Shown here piece after piece: positions 9,317-18,452 of a stretch of 64,000 nt of DNA. Location: positions 115,242 to 179,241 of the forward strand of contig CAWGVH010000004.1 of NCBI GenBank assembly GCA_963825995.1, given 5' to 3'. A program made the translations under genes and the position numbers. Position 1 is the stretch's first letter. Each line of letters starts with the position of its first letter. This DNA is from an uncultured Chloroflexia bacterium. Lineage in GTDB: Bacteria; Chloroflexota; Limnocylindria; Limnocylindrales; CSP1-4. Below the pieces are notes generated by a model. That model saw nothing but the letters and a program-made list of their open reading frames with translations. It made no database searches and was not told where the DNA came from.

Positions 9317-10155
9317 GGCGACGGTCCGAGCGTGATCGTCGCTCCTTGACGAGCAGCCTGCGCCCACGTTGTCCTGGCAGCCTCTCGTGCCTCGAGCTCC
9401 AGGCGCTCGACAGCGGTGTCGTCATGTGCGGGATCGTGATGGAAGAGCGCCAGCCTGCGGGCACCCGTCATCTCCGCGAACGCGACCGCATCGACCACCG
9501 ACGAGTGACCCCAGCCCAGGTACGCGGGGTACTCGTCCGCAGCGTACTGCGCATCGTGGATCAGGAGATCCGCGTCACGCGCGATGGCGGCTCCGGATGT
9601 CCAGCGCGCCTGCGACGGGAAGGATGGTGAGAGCGCCGGCTCGTGGTCGGGCAGATAGGCCACGATCTGACCGTCCGTCTCGATGCGGTAGCCGACGGCC
9701 GTGTCGGGATGGATGATCGACGCTGCCGTGATCTTGAATTCGCCACGCGTGACCGGGTCCTCGCCCGCGTCACACAGGTGGAGCTCGCACGAGAGGTCCC
9801 TGATGCGGACCGGGAACAGCGGCGGCGACAGGTAGCGGCCCAGTCGATGGAGCAGCGACGTGGACGACGGAGGTGCCCAGATCGTGACGCGCAAGTCGGG
9901 TCGGAACAGGGGCGCGAAGAACCCAAGACCGAGGATGTGGTCGAGGTGGAGGTGCGAAAGGAAGATGTCGATCCTCTTGACCTCGCTCGAGACGTTGGTC
10001 CCCAGCCGGCGAATGCCCGTCCCCGCGTCCAGGACGATGAGGTGCGCGGGGTCCACTCCGGTGATAGCCACGCAGGACGTGTCGCCACCGTAGGTGATGG
10101 TCTCCGGACCGGGTGTCGCCAGGGAGCCGCGCGTCCCCCAGAAGGTGATCCTCAC
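9313..10155 (-). CDS. MBL-fold metallo-hydrolase (Lactamase_B_2-like; possible phosphodiesterase)
   Basis: GTG at 10155 (VRITFWGTRGSLATPG...YGGDTSCV). HLHLDH metal motif, and later HDAQY and WGHSS. GTGA overlaps at both ends. Confidence 0.8.
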   Translation of the reverse strand: MRITFWGTRGSLATPGPETITYGGDTSCVAITGVDPAHLIVLDAGTGIRRLGTNVSSEVKRIDIFLSHLHLDHILGLGFFAPLFRPDLRVTIWAPPSSTSLLHRLGRYLSPPLFPVRIRDLSCELHLCDAGEDPVTRGEFKITAASIIHPDTAVGYRIETDGQIVAYLPDHEPALSPSFPSQARWTSGAAIARDADLLIHDAQYAADEYPAYLGWGHSSVVDAVAFAEMTGARRLALFHHDPAHDDTAVERLELEAREAARTTWAQAARQGATITLGPSP

Positions 10156-10544
10156 GATCCGGCACTCTCCCAGAACATCGCGACTGCGCCGATGACTCGA
10201 TCGGGGGGCGCGATGATGGGAAAGGCGGTCACCTCGATCGATCGCTTCACGCCGTCGGCACCCACGATCTCGAACTGGCTGTGCGCCGGAGTCGATCGCC
10301 GGAGCGCCACGACGAGGGGAAGCTGATCCGCATCCAACCGTCGGCCCTGTGACGCGGGCACGAACGCGGTCGTCCACTCCTCGAAAGGCATGAGTTGGAT
10401 CTCGTCGAAATGACGCCCAAGCACTCGCTCGGCGGGTTCGTTGAAGTACACGAGTTCGCCGCTCGCGTCGACGACGAAGACGGGGATCGCCAACCGGCTC
10501 GCCAGGTGCCGGACGAGGATGAGCTCCACTGGATACTGGCCCAT
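10152..10544 (-). CDS. Stand-alone PAS-domain sensor protein
   Basis: ATG at 10544 (MGQYPVELILV). IPVFVVDASGELVYFNEPAERVLG...IEVTAFPI...VIGAVAMFWE matches the PAS-fold pattern. Confidence 0.7.
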   Translation of the reverse strand: MGQYPVELILVRHLASRLAIPVFVVDASGELVYFNEPAERVLGRHFDEIQLMPFEEWTTAFVPASQGRRLDADQLPLVVALRRSTPAHSQFEIVGADGVKRSIEVTAFPIIAPPDRVIGAVAMFWESAGS

Positions 10545-10788
10545 GCGCCGAAGGATGCGCCAGCGCTCCACTCGGCCGCAAGCCCTGAAGGATCCGCTGC
10601 CGCACGCGTCGGGTACCGTCGGGAACACCCAATGCGGCGGATGGAGCAAGCCTAGCCGCATTCACGAACTCCGACTCTTGAACCAAGTGCTACGCCTGTG
10701 GCGTCATGTCAGGTGAGCGGGAGGTCGGGAGCGATGCCGTCACCGGCGAGCGAGTAGCCCTAGCGATGGCCAGTGCCGCGCGTCGTGA

Positions 10789-11304
10789 TCAGGCGGCACC
10801 CGGTGATCGAACCCCCCTGCCGCGGTGGCCTCCCCGGTCGATCGGCCGTCGCAGACCAGAGCCGGGCGAGAGGTAGGTACGGAACCGGAGCGTGTGCAGA
10901 CCGAACAGGGTCCCGATGGCCACGCGACGGAACAGCTCGCCGCGCGGGACTGCCCAGCCGGCCTGGCGGGCAGTCGCGACCTCCGGATCGCGGAGCAGGA
11001 GGGCGCCTGCCGTTGCAGCAGCAGCGGCAGCGGTCGCCTCCGTCCAGAGAAGGACCGCCGGCCCGGGTTGGAGACGCGACGGCGCACCGCTCGCGATCAG
11101 GAGGAGATCCCGCATCAGCAGGCCGACGACCACGGCCTGGACGAGCAGGGCGCCGCGGCGCCCGAACCTGGCGATCGCGACCTGGGTCAGCGGGAACCCG
11201 GTGCCGCTGAGCACCAGGATGGCTGGACCAACGCGGCCGAGGGAGCCTTCGTCGGGCGACCGATCGTACGCGCGGCGGCTGATGAGTGCCCGGACCATGG
11301 TCAT
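10789..11304 (-). CDS. Hypothetical membrane protein
   Basis: ATG at 11304 (MTMVRALISRR). Hydrophobic segments and strong G/C third-position bias in this frame. No recognisable family. Confidence 0.4.
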   Translation of the reverse strand: MTMVRALISRRAYDRSPDEGSLGRVGPAILVLSGTGFPLTQVAIARFGRRGALLVQAVVVGLLMRDLLLIASGAPSRLQPGPAVLLWTEATAAAAAATAGALLLRDPEVATARQAGWAVPRGELFRRVAIGTLFGLHTLRFRTYLSPGSGLRRPIDRGGHRGRGVRSPGAA

Positions 11305-11473
11305 GGTGCGATCGACCCTCGACCCTGAGGCCACGGAGGCGTGGACTGACACCGGGCGGCGGCCACAGTGCACCACGATGGTCGCACAAGTACTCCGCGA
11401 TTTCTGACGGCGCGCTGACGCGATGGGGCACCGAGGCATCGCAGCCGTGCTGGCCGCCCGTGCTGGAAGCCGA

Positions 11474-11503
11474 TTGACGCCAGGAAGGCGAAGACGCTAG
11501 AGT
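11474..11503 (+). promoter_or_regulatory. Candidate sigma-70/sigA-type promoter (TTGACG-N18-TAGAGT)
   Basis: -35 TTGACG at 11474-11479 and -10 TAGAGT at 11498-11503, about 160 nt upstream of the SBP start. Confidence 0.35.
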
Positions 11504-11509
11504 CGCGGT

Positions 11510-11528
11510 AATGATACCGGGAATGATT
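11510..11528. promoter_or_regulatory. Imperfect 19-bp palindrome AATGATACCGGGAATGATT (candidate LacI-type operator)
   Basis: 14 of 19 positions are self-complementary. It lies immediately downstream of the putative -10, and the LacI gene at 18453 closes this operon. Confidence 0.3.
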
Positions 11529-11660
11529 GCGGTCCCGGCATCCGCGGCTTGTGTCAGCGCCGAGGTCTCTGGGAGGAAGGCCTATCGAGCAGCATCGACC
11601 GTCCCAACTCTGACCAGCCCTCAGCGGGCGGTCTCCACTTGCGAGAAAGGCGGCAACGCA

Positions 11661-12989
11661 TTGAACAAGTCTGTCAGGAGTCTCTTCGCCTCCTTGGCGA
11701 TCGGCGCCATCCTCGTCGGCAGCTCCGCTGTCGCGATGGCCGTGCCGGTCCTGGCCCAGGACTCCGGCGACCAGCAGGACCTCACCCTGTCGGTGATGGC
11801 CAGCCAGGACTGGATCAAGCCTGCTGAGCAGGAGCTTGCCAAGCAGTTCGAGGCTGAGACCGGCATCAAGGTCGACTACCAGATCATCCCTTCCGACCAA
11901 TACTTCAACGTCCTCAAGACCAAGCTCAACTCTGGCGAGGCGACCGACATCTTCGGCGGCCAGACCGGCAAGTCGGACCTGAAGCTCCAGTACGACGTCG
12001 AGAACAACGCGGTCGATCTCACGGCCGAGGAATGGACGAGCCGGATCGATCCTGCGGCCCTCGACATGTCCAGCCTTGATGGCAAGGTCTACGGTGCGGA
12101 GATCTGGGACATCGTCGCTTCCAACTACTTCGTCATGGTCTACAACAAGGACATCTTCGAGCAGCTCGGGATCAGCGTGCCGAAGGACTTCGAGGAGTTC
12201 AAGGCAGCCTGCACGACGATCATGGACGCCGGCATCACCCCGATCTACGAGCCGATCGCCGATGGCTGGCATCACGTCCTCTGGTTCCCCATGGTGGGCC
12301 CCGCCTTCGAAGAGGCAGAACCCGGCCTCGCGGACAAGCTCAATGCCAACGAGGCGACGTTCGCGGGCAACGTCAACATGACGACCGGGATGAGCCAGAT
12401 CGACGAGCTCTACCAGGCGGGCTGCTTCGGCGACAACGCCTTGTCGGACCTGTTTGCGGACACGAACAGCGCGCTGGCGAGCGGCGAGTACGCCATGTCG
12501 GTCTCACCGCTGTCGACGCCGGCCTCGATCGCGACCGACTTCCCCGAGGTCACGGCCGATACCTTCGGCTTCTTCCCCATCCCCACCTTCGGCAACCAGC
12601 TCCAGCCGGTGCACCCGGCCGGCCCGGCCAAGTTCGTGTACGCCAAGTCGCCGCATGTCGAGGAGGCGAAGCAGTTCCTGGCCTTCCTGATGGAGCCAGA
12701 GAACCTCCAGTACCTGCTCGACAACACGCCCCAGTTCGTCTCGCTGCCCTTCCCGGGCCTGGAGGCCAAGTGGGACGAGTCGCAGATGGAGTTCCTCGAC
12801 ACATACCCGGCCAAGACCATCGTCTACCAGGACGTCGTCAACTACCTCAATCCGCAGTGGATGGACCTGGGCAAGGACATGGTCGCCATGTTCACGGGCG
12901 GCATGACGCCCGAAGACGTGATGGCCAGCATCGACCAGCGGCGATCGGATCTCGCCATGACCGCCGGCGATCCCGCCTGGGCGCAGTGA
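11661..12989 (+). CDS. ABC transporter extracellular solute-binding protein (CUT1 sugar type)
   Basis: TTG at 11661 preceded by GAAAGG. Signal peptide LFASLAIGAILVGSSAVAMAVPVLAQ. SBP family 1-like body. Confidence 0.85.
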   Translation: MNKSVRSLFASLAIGAILVGSSAVAMAVPVLAQDSGDQQDLTLSVMASQDWIKPAEQELAKQFEAETGIKVDYQIIPSDQYFNVLKTKLNSGEATDIFGGQTGKSDLKLQYDVENNAVDLTAEEWTSRIDPAALDMSSLDGKVYGAEIWDIVASNYFVMVYNKDIFEQLGISVPKDFEEFKAACTTIMDAGITPIYEPIADGWHHVLWFPMVGPAFEEAEPGLADKLNANEATFAGNVNMTTGMSQIDELYQAGCFGDNALSDLFADTNSALASGEYAMSVSPLSTPASIATDFPEVTADTFGFFPIPTFGNQLQPVHPAGPAKFVYAKSPHVEEAKQFLAFLMEPENLQYLLDNTPQFVSLPFPGLEAKWDESQMEFLDTYPAKTIVYQDVVNYLNPQWMDLGKDMVAMFTGGMTPEDVMASIDQRRSDLAMTAGDPAWAQ

Positions 12990-13019
12990 TCGCCATCTGA
13001 GCGACTGCGACCTGCAAGA

Positions 13020-13052
13020 CTGCCGGAGGCGGGCATCCCCCGCTTCCGGCAG
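13020..13052 (+). promoter_or_regulatory. Intercistronic GC-rich stem-loop between SBP and permease genes
   Basis: CTGCCGGAGGCGGG / CCCGCTTCCGGCAG form a 14-bp stem (one mismatch) with a 5-nt loop. There is no U-tract. Confidence 0.5.
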
Positions 13053-13090
13053 GCTCAGGCTGACGTCACCATGCGGAGGAGACGGACCAG

Positions 13091-13963
13091 GTGAATGCGC
13101 GCGCGTACCCCACCTGGTTCGCGGCAGGGGCCCTGCTCCTCTACGGCGTCTTCACGCTTCTGCCGGGATTGCTCGGCATCGGCTACGCCTTCACCGACTG
13201 GAACAGCTACTCGACGGAGCTGCACTGGGTCGGCTTGGACAACTTCGCGACCATCCTCTCGTCGAGCGGGACCTACGTCCGCTTCATCATGAACACCGTC
13301 GTGTTCACGGTGGTGACGATCTTCCTCAAGACGGCCATCGCGCTCGGCCTTGCCATCCTGCTCACCCAGGGCATCCGGCGACTCGCGTACCTTTATCGAG
13401 CCCTCATCTACCTGCCGGCCGTCCTGCCCATCCTGGTCGTCAGCCTCATCTTCCGTTCAGTCCTTGACCCCGCCGAGGGGCTCCTCAACGAGACGCTGCG
13501 GGCCGTGGGCCTCGGCAGCCTGGCGCTGCACTGGCTGACGGACGTCTCGCTCGCGATGTGGAGCGTCATCGCCGTCGACGTCTGGCGGGGCGTCGGCTAC
13601 ATCATGGTCATCCTCATCGCTGGTCTGCAGGCCATCCCACGGGACTACTACGAAGCGGCCTCCATCGACGGCGCCTCCGGTCGACAGACCTTCAGGCACA
13701 TCACGCTGCCGCTCCTGATGCCGGTCCTGACCGTGACCACGGTGCTCAACCTCCTGTACGGCCTGAAGGTCTTCGACATCGTCTTCGTCCTGACCCGGGG
13801 CGGTCCGGGCCGCGCGACGGATACGGTCTTCACGGCCATCTTCGACGACTTCTCGAAGGGTCGCTACGGGATCGCCACGGCTCTGTCCACGTTGCTCTTC
13901 CTCGTGATGATCGTGCTCAGCTTCGCGACGATCCGCCTCATGCGACGGGAAGAGGCGCGCTGA
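13091..13963 (+). CDS. Sugar ABC transporter permease (MalF/UgpA-like)
   Basis: 290 aa with multiple TM segments and the EAA loop AIPRDYYEAASIDGASGRQTFRHITLP. Confidence 0.9.
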   Translation: MNARAYPTWFAAGALLLYGVFTLLPGLLGIGYAFTDWNSYSTELHWVGLDNFATILSSSGTYVRFIMNTVVFTVVTIFLKTAIALGLAILLTQGIRRLAYLYRALIYLPAVLPILVVSLIFRSVLDPAEGLLNETLRAVGLGSLALHWLTDVSLAMWSVIAVDVWRGVGYIMVILIAGLQAIPRDYYEAASIDGASGRQTFRHITLPLLMPVLTVTTVLNLLYGLKVFDIVFVLTRGGPGRATDTVFTAIFDDFSKGRYGIATALSTLLFLVMIVLSFATIRLMRREEAR

Positions 13964-13964
13964 C

Positions 13965-14789
13965 ATGTCCGCCCCCCTGACGGTCCGCGGCACGTTCAAC
14001 CACCTGACGGCGAGTGGAGTCGGGCTCATCGTCTTCGCACCCATCTACCTCGTGTTCGTCAACGCCCTCAAGACACGGGTCGAAGCGAGTTCCATGGACG
14101 TCGGCCTGCCGGCCGTGCCGCAGTGGCAGAACTTCGCGACCGTCATCGAGGAGGGCAAACTGTTCGGCGCCTTCGGCAACAGCGTCCTGTACTCGATCGG
14201 CGCGACCGCCCTCTGCGTCACGCTCTCGGCACTCGCGGCCTACGTGCTCGCCCGTCACCGCTCGCGCAGGCACCGGATCATCTACCTGCTGCTGATCATG
14301 GGCATCGCCATGCCCACCAACTTCGTCACCTTGATGCAGGTGATGCAATGGACGCAGCTCATCAACACGCAGCTCGGGATCATCCTCCTCTACGCCGCTA
14401 CGCAGATCCCCTTCAGTGTCTTCCTCATCTACGCCTTCATCGGGACTTTGCCTCGTGAGCTGGATGAAGCGGCGCTGATCGACGGCTGCACCCCGATCCG
14501 GGCCTTCTTCTGGGTCATCTTCCCGATGCTGACGCCGGTCGTTGTGACGCTCGCCGTGCTCAGCATCCTCAACATCTGGAACGAGTTCCTGATGCCGCTG
14601 TACTTCCTCAACAGCAGCTCGGCATGGCCGATGACGCTGGCCGTCTACAACTTCTTCGGCCAGTTCCAGTCGGACTGGAGCCTCGTCTCGGCCGACGTCG
14701 TGCTCACCATCCTGCCCGTCATCCTCGTCTACATCGTCGCGCAGCGCTGGATCCTGTCCGGCATGTCCGCCGGCGCCGTGAAGGGCTAG
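13965..14789 (+). CDS. Sugar ABC transporter permease (MalG/UgpE-like)
   Basis: 274 aa with the EAA loop LPRELDEAALIDGCTPIRAFFWVIFP. Confidence 0.9.
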   Translation: MSAPLTVRGTFNHLTASGVGLIVFAPIYLVFVNALKTRVEASSMDVGLPAVPQWQNFATVIEEGKLFGAFGNSVLYSIGATALCVTLSALAAYVLARHRSRRHRIIYLLLIMGIAMPTNFVTLMQVMQWTQLINTQLGIILLYAATQIPFSVFLIYAFIGTLPRELDEAALIDGCTPIRAFFWVIFPMLTPVVVTLAVLSILNIWNEFLMPLYFLNSSSAWPMTLAVYNFFGQFQSDWSLVSADVVLTILPVILVYIVAQRWILSGMSAGAVKG

Positions 14790-14796
14790 GGGGAAC

Positions 14797-15894
14797 ATGC
14801 GTACCCGTGACACGGAGCCGGGCTCGGTGAGCCCGGGCCTCTGGAAGAGCGATTGGGCGGCCTCGCGATCGCGTTACCTCGACTGGTGGGCCGGCCGCGG
14901 CCTCGTCATCAGCATGTGGGAGCACCTCGAGGTCGACGGCATCTGTCACGAGGAGGTCCCCGCACCGGCGCCCGCACGCGACCACGATCAGCGCTGGTTC
15001 GACCCGCAGTGGCGCGCGGCCGACATCCATCACCGGCTCGCGCGAAGCGATCTGCGGGCCGATATCCTGCCGGTCGCGAACACACAGCTTGGGCCCGGGT
15101 CGCTCGCCGCCGTGCTCGGGGCGCAGATCTCCGCTTCCCAGGACACCATCTGGATCCACGCCAAGGCGCCCGACGCGCCGGTCGTGCTCGACGAAGCGAA
15201 CCCCTGGCTTGGCCTCCATCTCGAGCTCGTGAGCGCCTGCCGGCGGCTCTCCGAGGGTCGCTACTTCGTCGGATGCCCCGACCTCGTCGAGGGTCTTGAC
15301 ACGCTCGCGGGACTGCGCGGCATGGTCCCCGTCCTGGAGCAGATGTACGACGACCCCGGGGGCCTCGAGCGCGATCTCCAGGCCGTCAACGACATCTGGT
15401 TCGACGTCTTCGAGCGCATCTACCAGACCATCAACGTGGACGGTGAGATGGCGTTCTGCTACTTCTCGCTCTGGGCGCCAGGCCGCATGGCCAAGCTGCA
15501 GAGCGACATCTCGGTGATGATCTCCCCGGACCACTACCGCAGGTTCGTGGTGCCGTTCATCCGGGAACAGTGCCAGCGGCTGGATCACTCGATGTATCAC
15601 CTCGACGGGGTGCCAGCCCTCCGTCACCTCGACGCTCTGCTGGAGATCGAAGAGCTCGACGCGGTCCAGTGGACGCCAGGCGTCGGGCAACCGCAGGGCG
15701 GCGACCCGTCCTGGTATGACCTCTATCGCCGGATCCGGGCCGCAGGCAAGTCGGTCATGCCCTCCTGGGTGGAAGTGGACGAGCTCGCTCCGCTCCTCGA
15801 CGCCGTGGGGCCTGGCGGCGTCAACGTCCTGATGCACGTCACGGTCCCACGCGACATCGATGAGGCGCTCGAGATCGCGGAGCGCTATCGATGA
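14797..15894 (+). CDS. Hypothetical protein, possibly URO-D (uroporphyrinogen decarboxylase)-like TIM barrel
   Basis: Clean 365-aa ORF with a GGGGGA RBS. The C-terminal YHLDGVPALRHLDALLEIEELDAVQWTPG resembles the URO-D/MtaA-family C-terminus. The assignment is weak. Confidence 0.45.
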   Translation: MRTRDTEPGSVSPGLWKSDWAASRSRYLDWWAGRGLVISMWEHLEVDGICHEEVPAPAPARDHDQRWFDPQWRAADIHHRLARSDLRADILPVANTQLGPGSLAAVLGAQISASQDTIWIHAKAPDAPVVLDEANPWLGLHLELVSACRRLSEGRYFVGCPDLVEGLDTLAGLRGMVPVLEQMYDDPGGLERDLQAVNDIWFDVFERIYQTINVDGEMAFCYFSLWAPGRMAKLQSDISVMISPDHYRRFVVPFIREQCQRLDHSMYHLDGVPALRHLDALLEIEELDAVQWTPGVGQPQGGDPSWYDLYRRIRAAGKSVMPSWVEVDELAPLLDAVGPGGVNVLMHVTVPRDIDEALEIAERYR

Positions 15895-15928
15895 GCAGCC
15901 ACGCACGGCGCCGCATGCAGGCCCCGCC

Positions 15929-18382
15929 ATGACCATCCTGTCTTACGAGACTGACGTCCACGGGCTCACGATGCGGCTGGATCGCGGCCTTCTCTCTGTC
16001 GTGCCCTGCACCCCCAGGACCCTCCGCATCCGCTACACGCTTGATCGGACCTTCAGCCACAAGCCGAGCCTGACCGTGACGGCGGACCGGGCCAGCGCCC
16101 CGGCCACGGAGTTCCGCGTCGACGAACAAGAGGACCGGCTGGTCATGGCGACCGATGCGGTGTCCGTGGAGATCGACCGCCGGACCGCGGCCTTCACGTA
16201 TCGCGACGCGGCTGGCATGTTGCTGACACGAGAGCCGGCGCGAGGGGGCAGGACGCTCGTGCCCATCGACGTGACCGTCTCAGACTTCGACGGGGCGACC
16301 ATCATCGAAAGCCACGAGAACGCAGACGGGCTACGCATCGACGCGCTCGACGTGCGGCAGGTCATCGACCGCCAGGCGTTCCACACCAAGCTCGAGTTCG
16401 AATGGGCGAACGACGAGGCTCTCTACGGCCTGGGCTCACACGAGGAGGGCATGTTCAACCTCCGCGGTCAGCATCAGTACCTCTACCAGCAGAACATGAA
16501 GGCCGTCGCGCCCGTGCTCGTCTCGTCGCGCGGCTATGGGATCTTCGTCGATTGCACGTCCCTGATGACCTTCCATGACGATGCCTTCGGTTCATACCTC
16601 TGGTCCGACGTCGACGAGGAGATGGACTACTACTTCATCGTCGGGCCCGCCTTCGACCAGATCGTCGCCGAGTTGCGTGAGCTCACGGGGCGCGCACCGA
16701 TGCTGCCGAGGTGGGCGTTCGGCTACATCCAGTCGCGTGAGCGCTACGAGAGCCAGGAGGAGCTCCTCGCCGTGGCCCGCGAGTACCGGGCGCGCAGGCT
16801 GCCGCTCGACTGTGTCGTGCTCGACTGGAAGTCCTGGAGCGGCGACCTGTGGGGCCAGAAGTCGCTCGATCCCGATCGTTTCCCTGACCCCGGCCGCCTC
16901 ACGGACGAGCTGCACGCGCTCGGGGTGCGGCTGATGGTCTCGATCTGGCCTGTCATGCGGCCGGGCGGAGAAGACTGGCGCGAGTTCTCTGAGGCCGGCC
17001 TGCTCCTCGGCAACGGGGCGACGTACGACGCCTTCGATGGGGATGCCCGCCATCTCTACTGGACCCAGGCGAACCGCGGCCTGTTCTCACACGGGATCGA
17101 CGCCTGGTGGTCGGATTGCACGGAGCCGTTCGAAGCCGACTGGGCGGGAGCCGTCAAACCAGAGCCCGAGGAGCGGATGCGGATCAACGGGGAAGAAGCC
17201 AGGCGATACCTCGATCCGGAGGTCACCAATGCGTACTCGCTCCTTCACTCGGAGGGCATGTACAGCGGGCAGCGCGCCACGCGATCAGACAAGCGTGTCC
17301 TCAACCTGACACGCTCGGCCTTTACGGGACAGCAGCGCTATGGGACGGTGACCTGGTCAGGCGACGTCTCGGCTACCTGGGACACGCTGCGTCGACAGAT
17401 CGCCGAGGGCCTCAACTTCTGTGCCACCGGCCTCCCCTACTGGACGACCGACGCTGGGGGGTTCTTCGTCGCCCGGCGTCCGGAGCTCTGGTTCTGGGCG
17501 GGCGACTACGACGCTGGTGTGCAGGACCTCGGATATCACGAGCTCTACGTTCGGTGGTTCCAATATGCAGCTTGGCTGCCCATGCTTCGTTCGCACGGTA
17601 CGGATACGCCGCGCGAGGTCTGGCGCTTCGGCGAGCCCGGCGAGCCGGCGTATGAGGCGATCGCGACAGCGCTCCGACTGCGTTACCGTCTGCTTCCCTA
17701 CATCTACTCCCTCGCCGGCTGGACGACCCAGCACGCGTACACGATGCTGCGGTCGCTGTTGTTCGACTTCGCGGACGACCCCGTTGTCCATGACGTGGCA
17801 GACCAGTTCATGTTCGGCCCCGCCTTCCTCATCTGTCCGGTCCATCAGCCGATGCGGTATGGACCGGACTCGACCCCGCTTGCCGACGTGCCTCAGACCC
17901 GCCCTCTCTACCTGCCCGCGGGCAACGATTGGCACGACTTCTGGACCGGCCAGCGCTTCCGCGGCGGCCGCTCCATCGATGCGGACGCACCCATGGAGCG
18001 GATCCCCGTGTTCGTGCGGGCGGGCTCCATCGTCCCGATGGGCCCGATCCGCCAGCATGCGGATGACGTCCCTGCTGCGCCGCTCGAGCTCCATGTCTAT
18101 GGCGGGCGCGACGGTGTGTTCCGCCTCTACGAGGACGAAGGCGACGGCTATGGATACGAGGATGGTGCGTTCGCGACGATCGACATCGCGTGGCACGACG
18201 CTGCGAGGCGGCTGACCGTCGGGGCACGCATGGGCGAGTTCCCCGGGATGGTGCGCGAGCGAGACCTTGTGCTGGTACTCCACACCGGCGTCGACGCGGC
18301 CGGCCATGGTCCCGGCTCCGAGCGGCCCGCCGCGACCGCGCACCTTCGCTACGCTGGCGAGGCGGTGTCGGTGCAGTGGTGA
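15929..18382 (+). CDS. Glycoside hydrolase family 31 (alpha-glucosidase/alpha-xylosidase)
   Basis: ATG at 15929 (MTILSYETDVHG). GIDAWWSDCTEPF, VTWSGDVSATWDTLRRQI and GLPYWTTDAGGF are GH31 catalytic-region motifs. Confidence 0.9.
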   Translation: MTILSYETDVHGLTMRLDRGLLSVVPCTPRTLRIRYTLDRTFSHKPSLTVTADRASAPATEFRVDEQEDRLVMATDAVSVEIDRRTAAFTYRDAAGMLLTREPARGGRTLVPIDVTVSDFDGATIIESHENADGLRIDALDVRQVIDRQAFHTKLEFEWANDEALYGLGSHEEGMFNLRGQHQYLYQQNMKAVAPVLVSSRGYGIFVDCTSLMTFHDDAFGSYLWSDVDEEMDYYFIVGPAFDQIVAELRELTGRAPMLPRWAFGYIQSRERYESQEELLAVAREYRARRLPLDCVVLDWKSWSGDLWGQKSLDPDRFPDPGRLTDELHALGVRLMVSIWPVMRPGGEDWREFSEAGLLLGNGATYDAFDGDARHLYWTQANRGLFSHGIDAWWSDCTEPFEADWAGAVKPEPEERMRINGEEARRYLDPEVTNAYSLLHSEGMYSGQRATRSDKRVLNLTRSAFTGQQRYGTVTWSGDVSATWDTLRRQIAEGLNFCATGLPYWTTDAGGFFVARRPELWFWAGDYDAGVQDLGYHELYVRWFQYAAWLPMLRSHGTDTPREVWRFGEPGEPAYEAIATALRLRYRLLPYIYSLAGWTTQHAYTMLRSLLFDFADDPVVHDVADQFMFGPAFLICPVHQPMRYGPDSTPLADVPQTRPLYLPAGNDWHDFWTGQRFRGGRSIDADAPMERIPVFVRAGSIVPMGPIRQHADDVPAAPLELHVYGGRDGVFRLYEDEGDGYGYEDGAFATIDIAWHDAARRLTVGARMGEFPGMVRERDLVLVLHTGVDAAGHGPGSERPAATAHLRYAGEAVSVQW

Positions 18383-18452
18383 CTCCGCTGCGAGGTCTGG
18401 ACACCCGGCGCGCTGTGGCCGCGGCCAGTCGTTGAGAGGAGAGTTCCCGAAA

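Noticed and set aside
9313-10686. 457-aa minus-strand ORF treated as one protein
   Set aside because: The N-terminal ~175 aa overlap the PAS gene in another frame and lack motifs. The MBL protein starts at GTG 10155, where the canonical (V/M)RITFWGTRGS N-terminus begins.
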